From Chrysomallon squamiferum (taxonomy: Eukaryota > Animalia > Mollusca): a stretch of 64,000 nt of DNA. Below are positions 63,173 through 64,000 of this stretch, piece after piece. The stretch covers positions 15,314,001 to 15,378,000 of the forward strand of contig CM022667.1 of the NCBI GenBank assembly GCA_012295275.1, read 5' to 3'. The notes under the pieces were generated by a model. That model did not search any database, had not been told where the DNA came from, and saw only the letters and a list, made by a program, of their open reading frames with translations. Within the stretch, counting starts at the first letter, position 1, and each line of letters opens with the position of its first letter. The translations under genes were made by a program, and so were the position numbers.

Positions 63173-63960
63173 TATAACAAGTCAAAACAGATTGATATTG
63201 TTCCTAGAATCTTAAAGAATGGTTAACTTTGCAAAACTATAATTCCCCAGAGTAGCGTATAAACCATTTTCCAACAGATAACTGAAATTTGCATTCGACC
63301 GAAACATAGATAACATTTTAAAAATAGTGACTGTAGTTAATTATATGTTTTAATAGTATTAATGCAAAAGTACTAAGCAATTCTAAACTGATGATATACA
63401 AATCCAGTTTAATAAATCTAATATTTTATGCATTTCAAATATTTATTACTTTATTAGATATTATTTTTAAAAATGTTGATTAACATATCTCTCATCATAA
63501 TCTAAATCAAAGCCTCTAGTGTTTGAAGAGGGAAACGTTCTAATGAATTAAACAACTGATACAGTGTTCTGTAAGTATCCATGATCAGAATATTACAAAA
63601 ATCTGTATCGATTCTCTAGGAAAACAGTTTGACATGGGAGTGAAAAAGGAAGAAAATCAATGGAAGAAAGAATTTAAAGAAGAACTAGAAAAAGAAGCTA
63701 AGGAAAACGAAAACATAGAGAAATGTGTGTTTTAGTATTTCATAAAACTAATTTCACGTTTATAAGTCTACAGTGTTCATTCAACATTTTTTTCGTTCGA
63801 CAATTTTAAATCCGGAATGAACCTTGGCATAGAACACGATGAATTATTCTCCTTAAGGTTCATTTCGTTTTACAGTTAGTGCCACAAGATTTCGCATCAA
63901 ATGCAAAAGTATATATGTAATGCGTTTGTGTAAAACTGTGTATTAATAGTTCATAAACAG

Positions 63961-64000
<40 letters not shown>

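Overview
This is AT-rich, microsatellite-laden, intron-containing animal DNA with one 200-N assembly gap (33766-33965). The composition suggests a cephalopod mollusc, but that is an inference. No prokaryotic features, RNA genes or CRISPR arrays were seen. Nearly the whole window is a repeatedly duplicated and inverted cluster of two families of secreted proteins that I cannot name. Family A genes have three exons, rebuilt here from GT/AG sites with consistent 0/1 intron phases: signal peptide plus PAN/apple-like Cys domain, a 94-nt EGF-like exon with only 4 Cys, and a ~1.4-kb exon with four tandem ~113-127 aa repeats (about 603-608 aa in total). Four copies have full-length ORFs (15786+, 29979+, 38107+, 57566-) and about ten are broken. 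Family G/H genes encode secreted acidic Gly-Leu-Asp repeat proteins whose mature N-terminus is YRIT. They form head-to-head H/G pairs (22522-/25155+ and 61024-/62620+ pseudogene). The cassette order G, A2, A3 recurs four times. The right half of the window is an inverted, permuted copy of the left half and may be partly haplotypic. There are also compensating frameshifts, gene-conversion tracts, a whole-gene deletion and degraded Tc1/mariner remnants. Identity statements are by eye, not computed.
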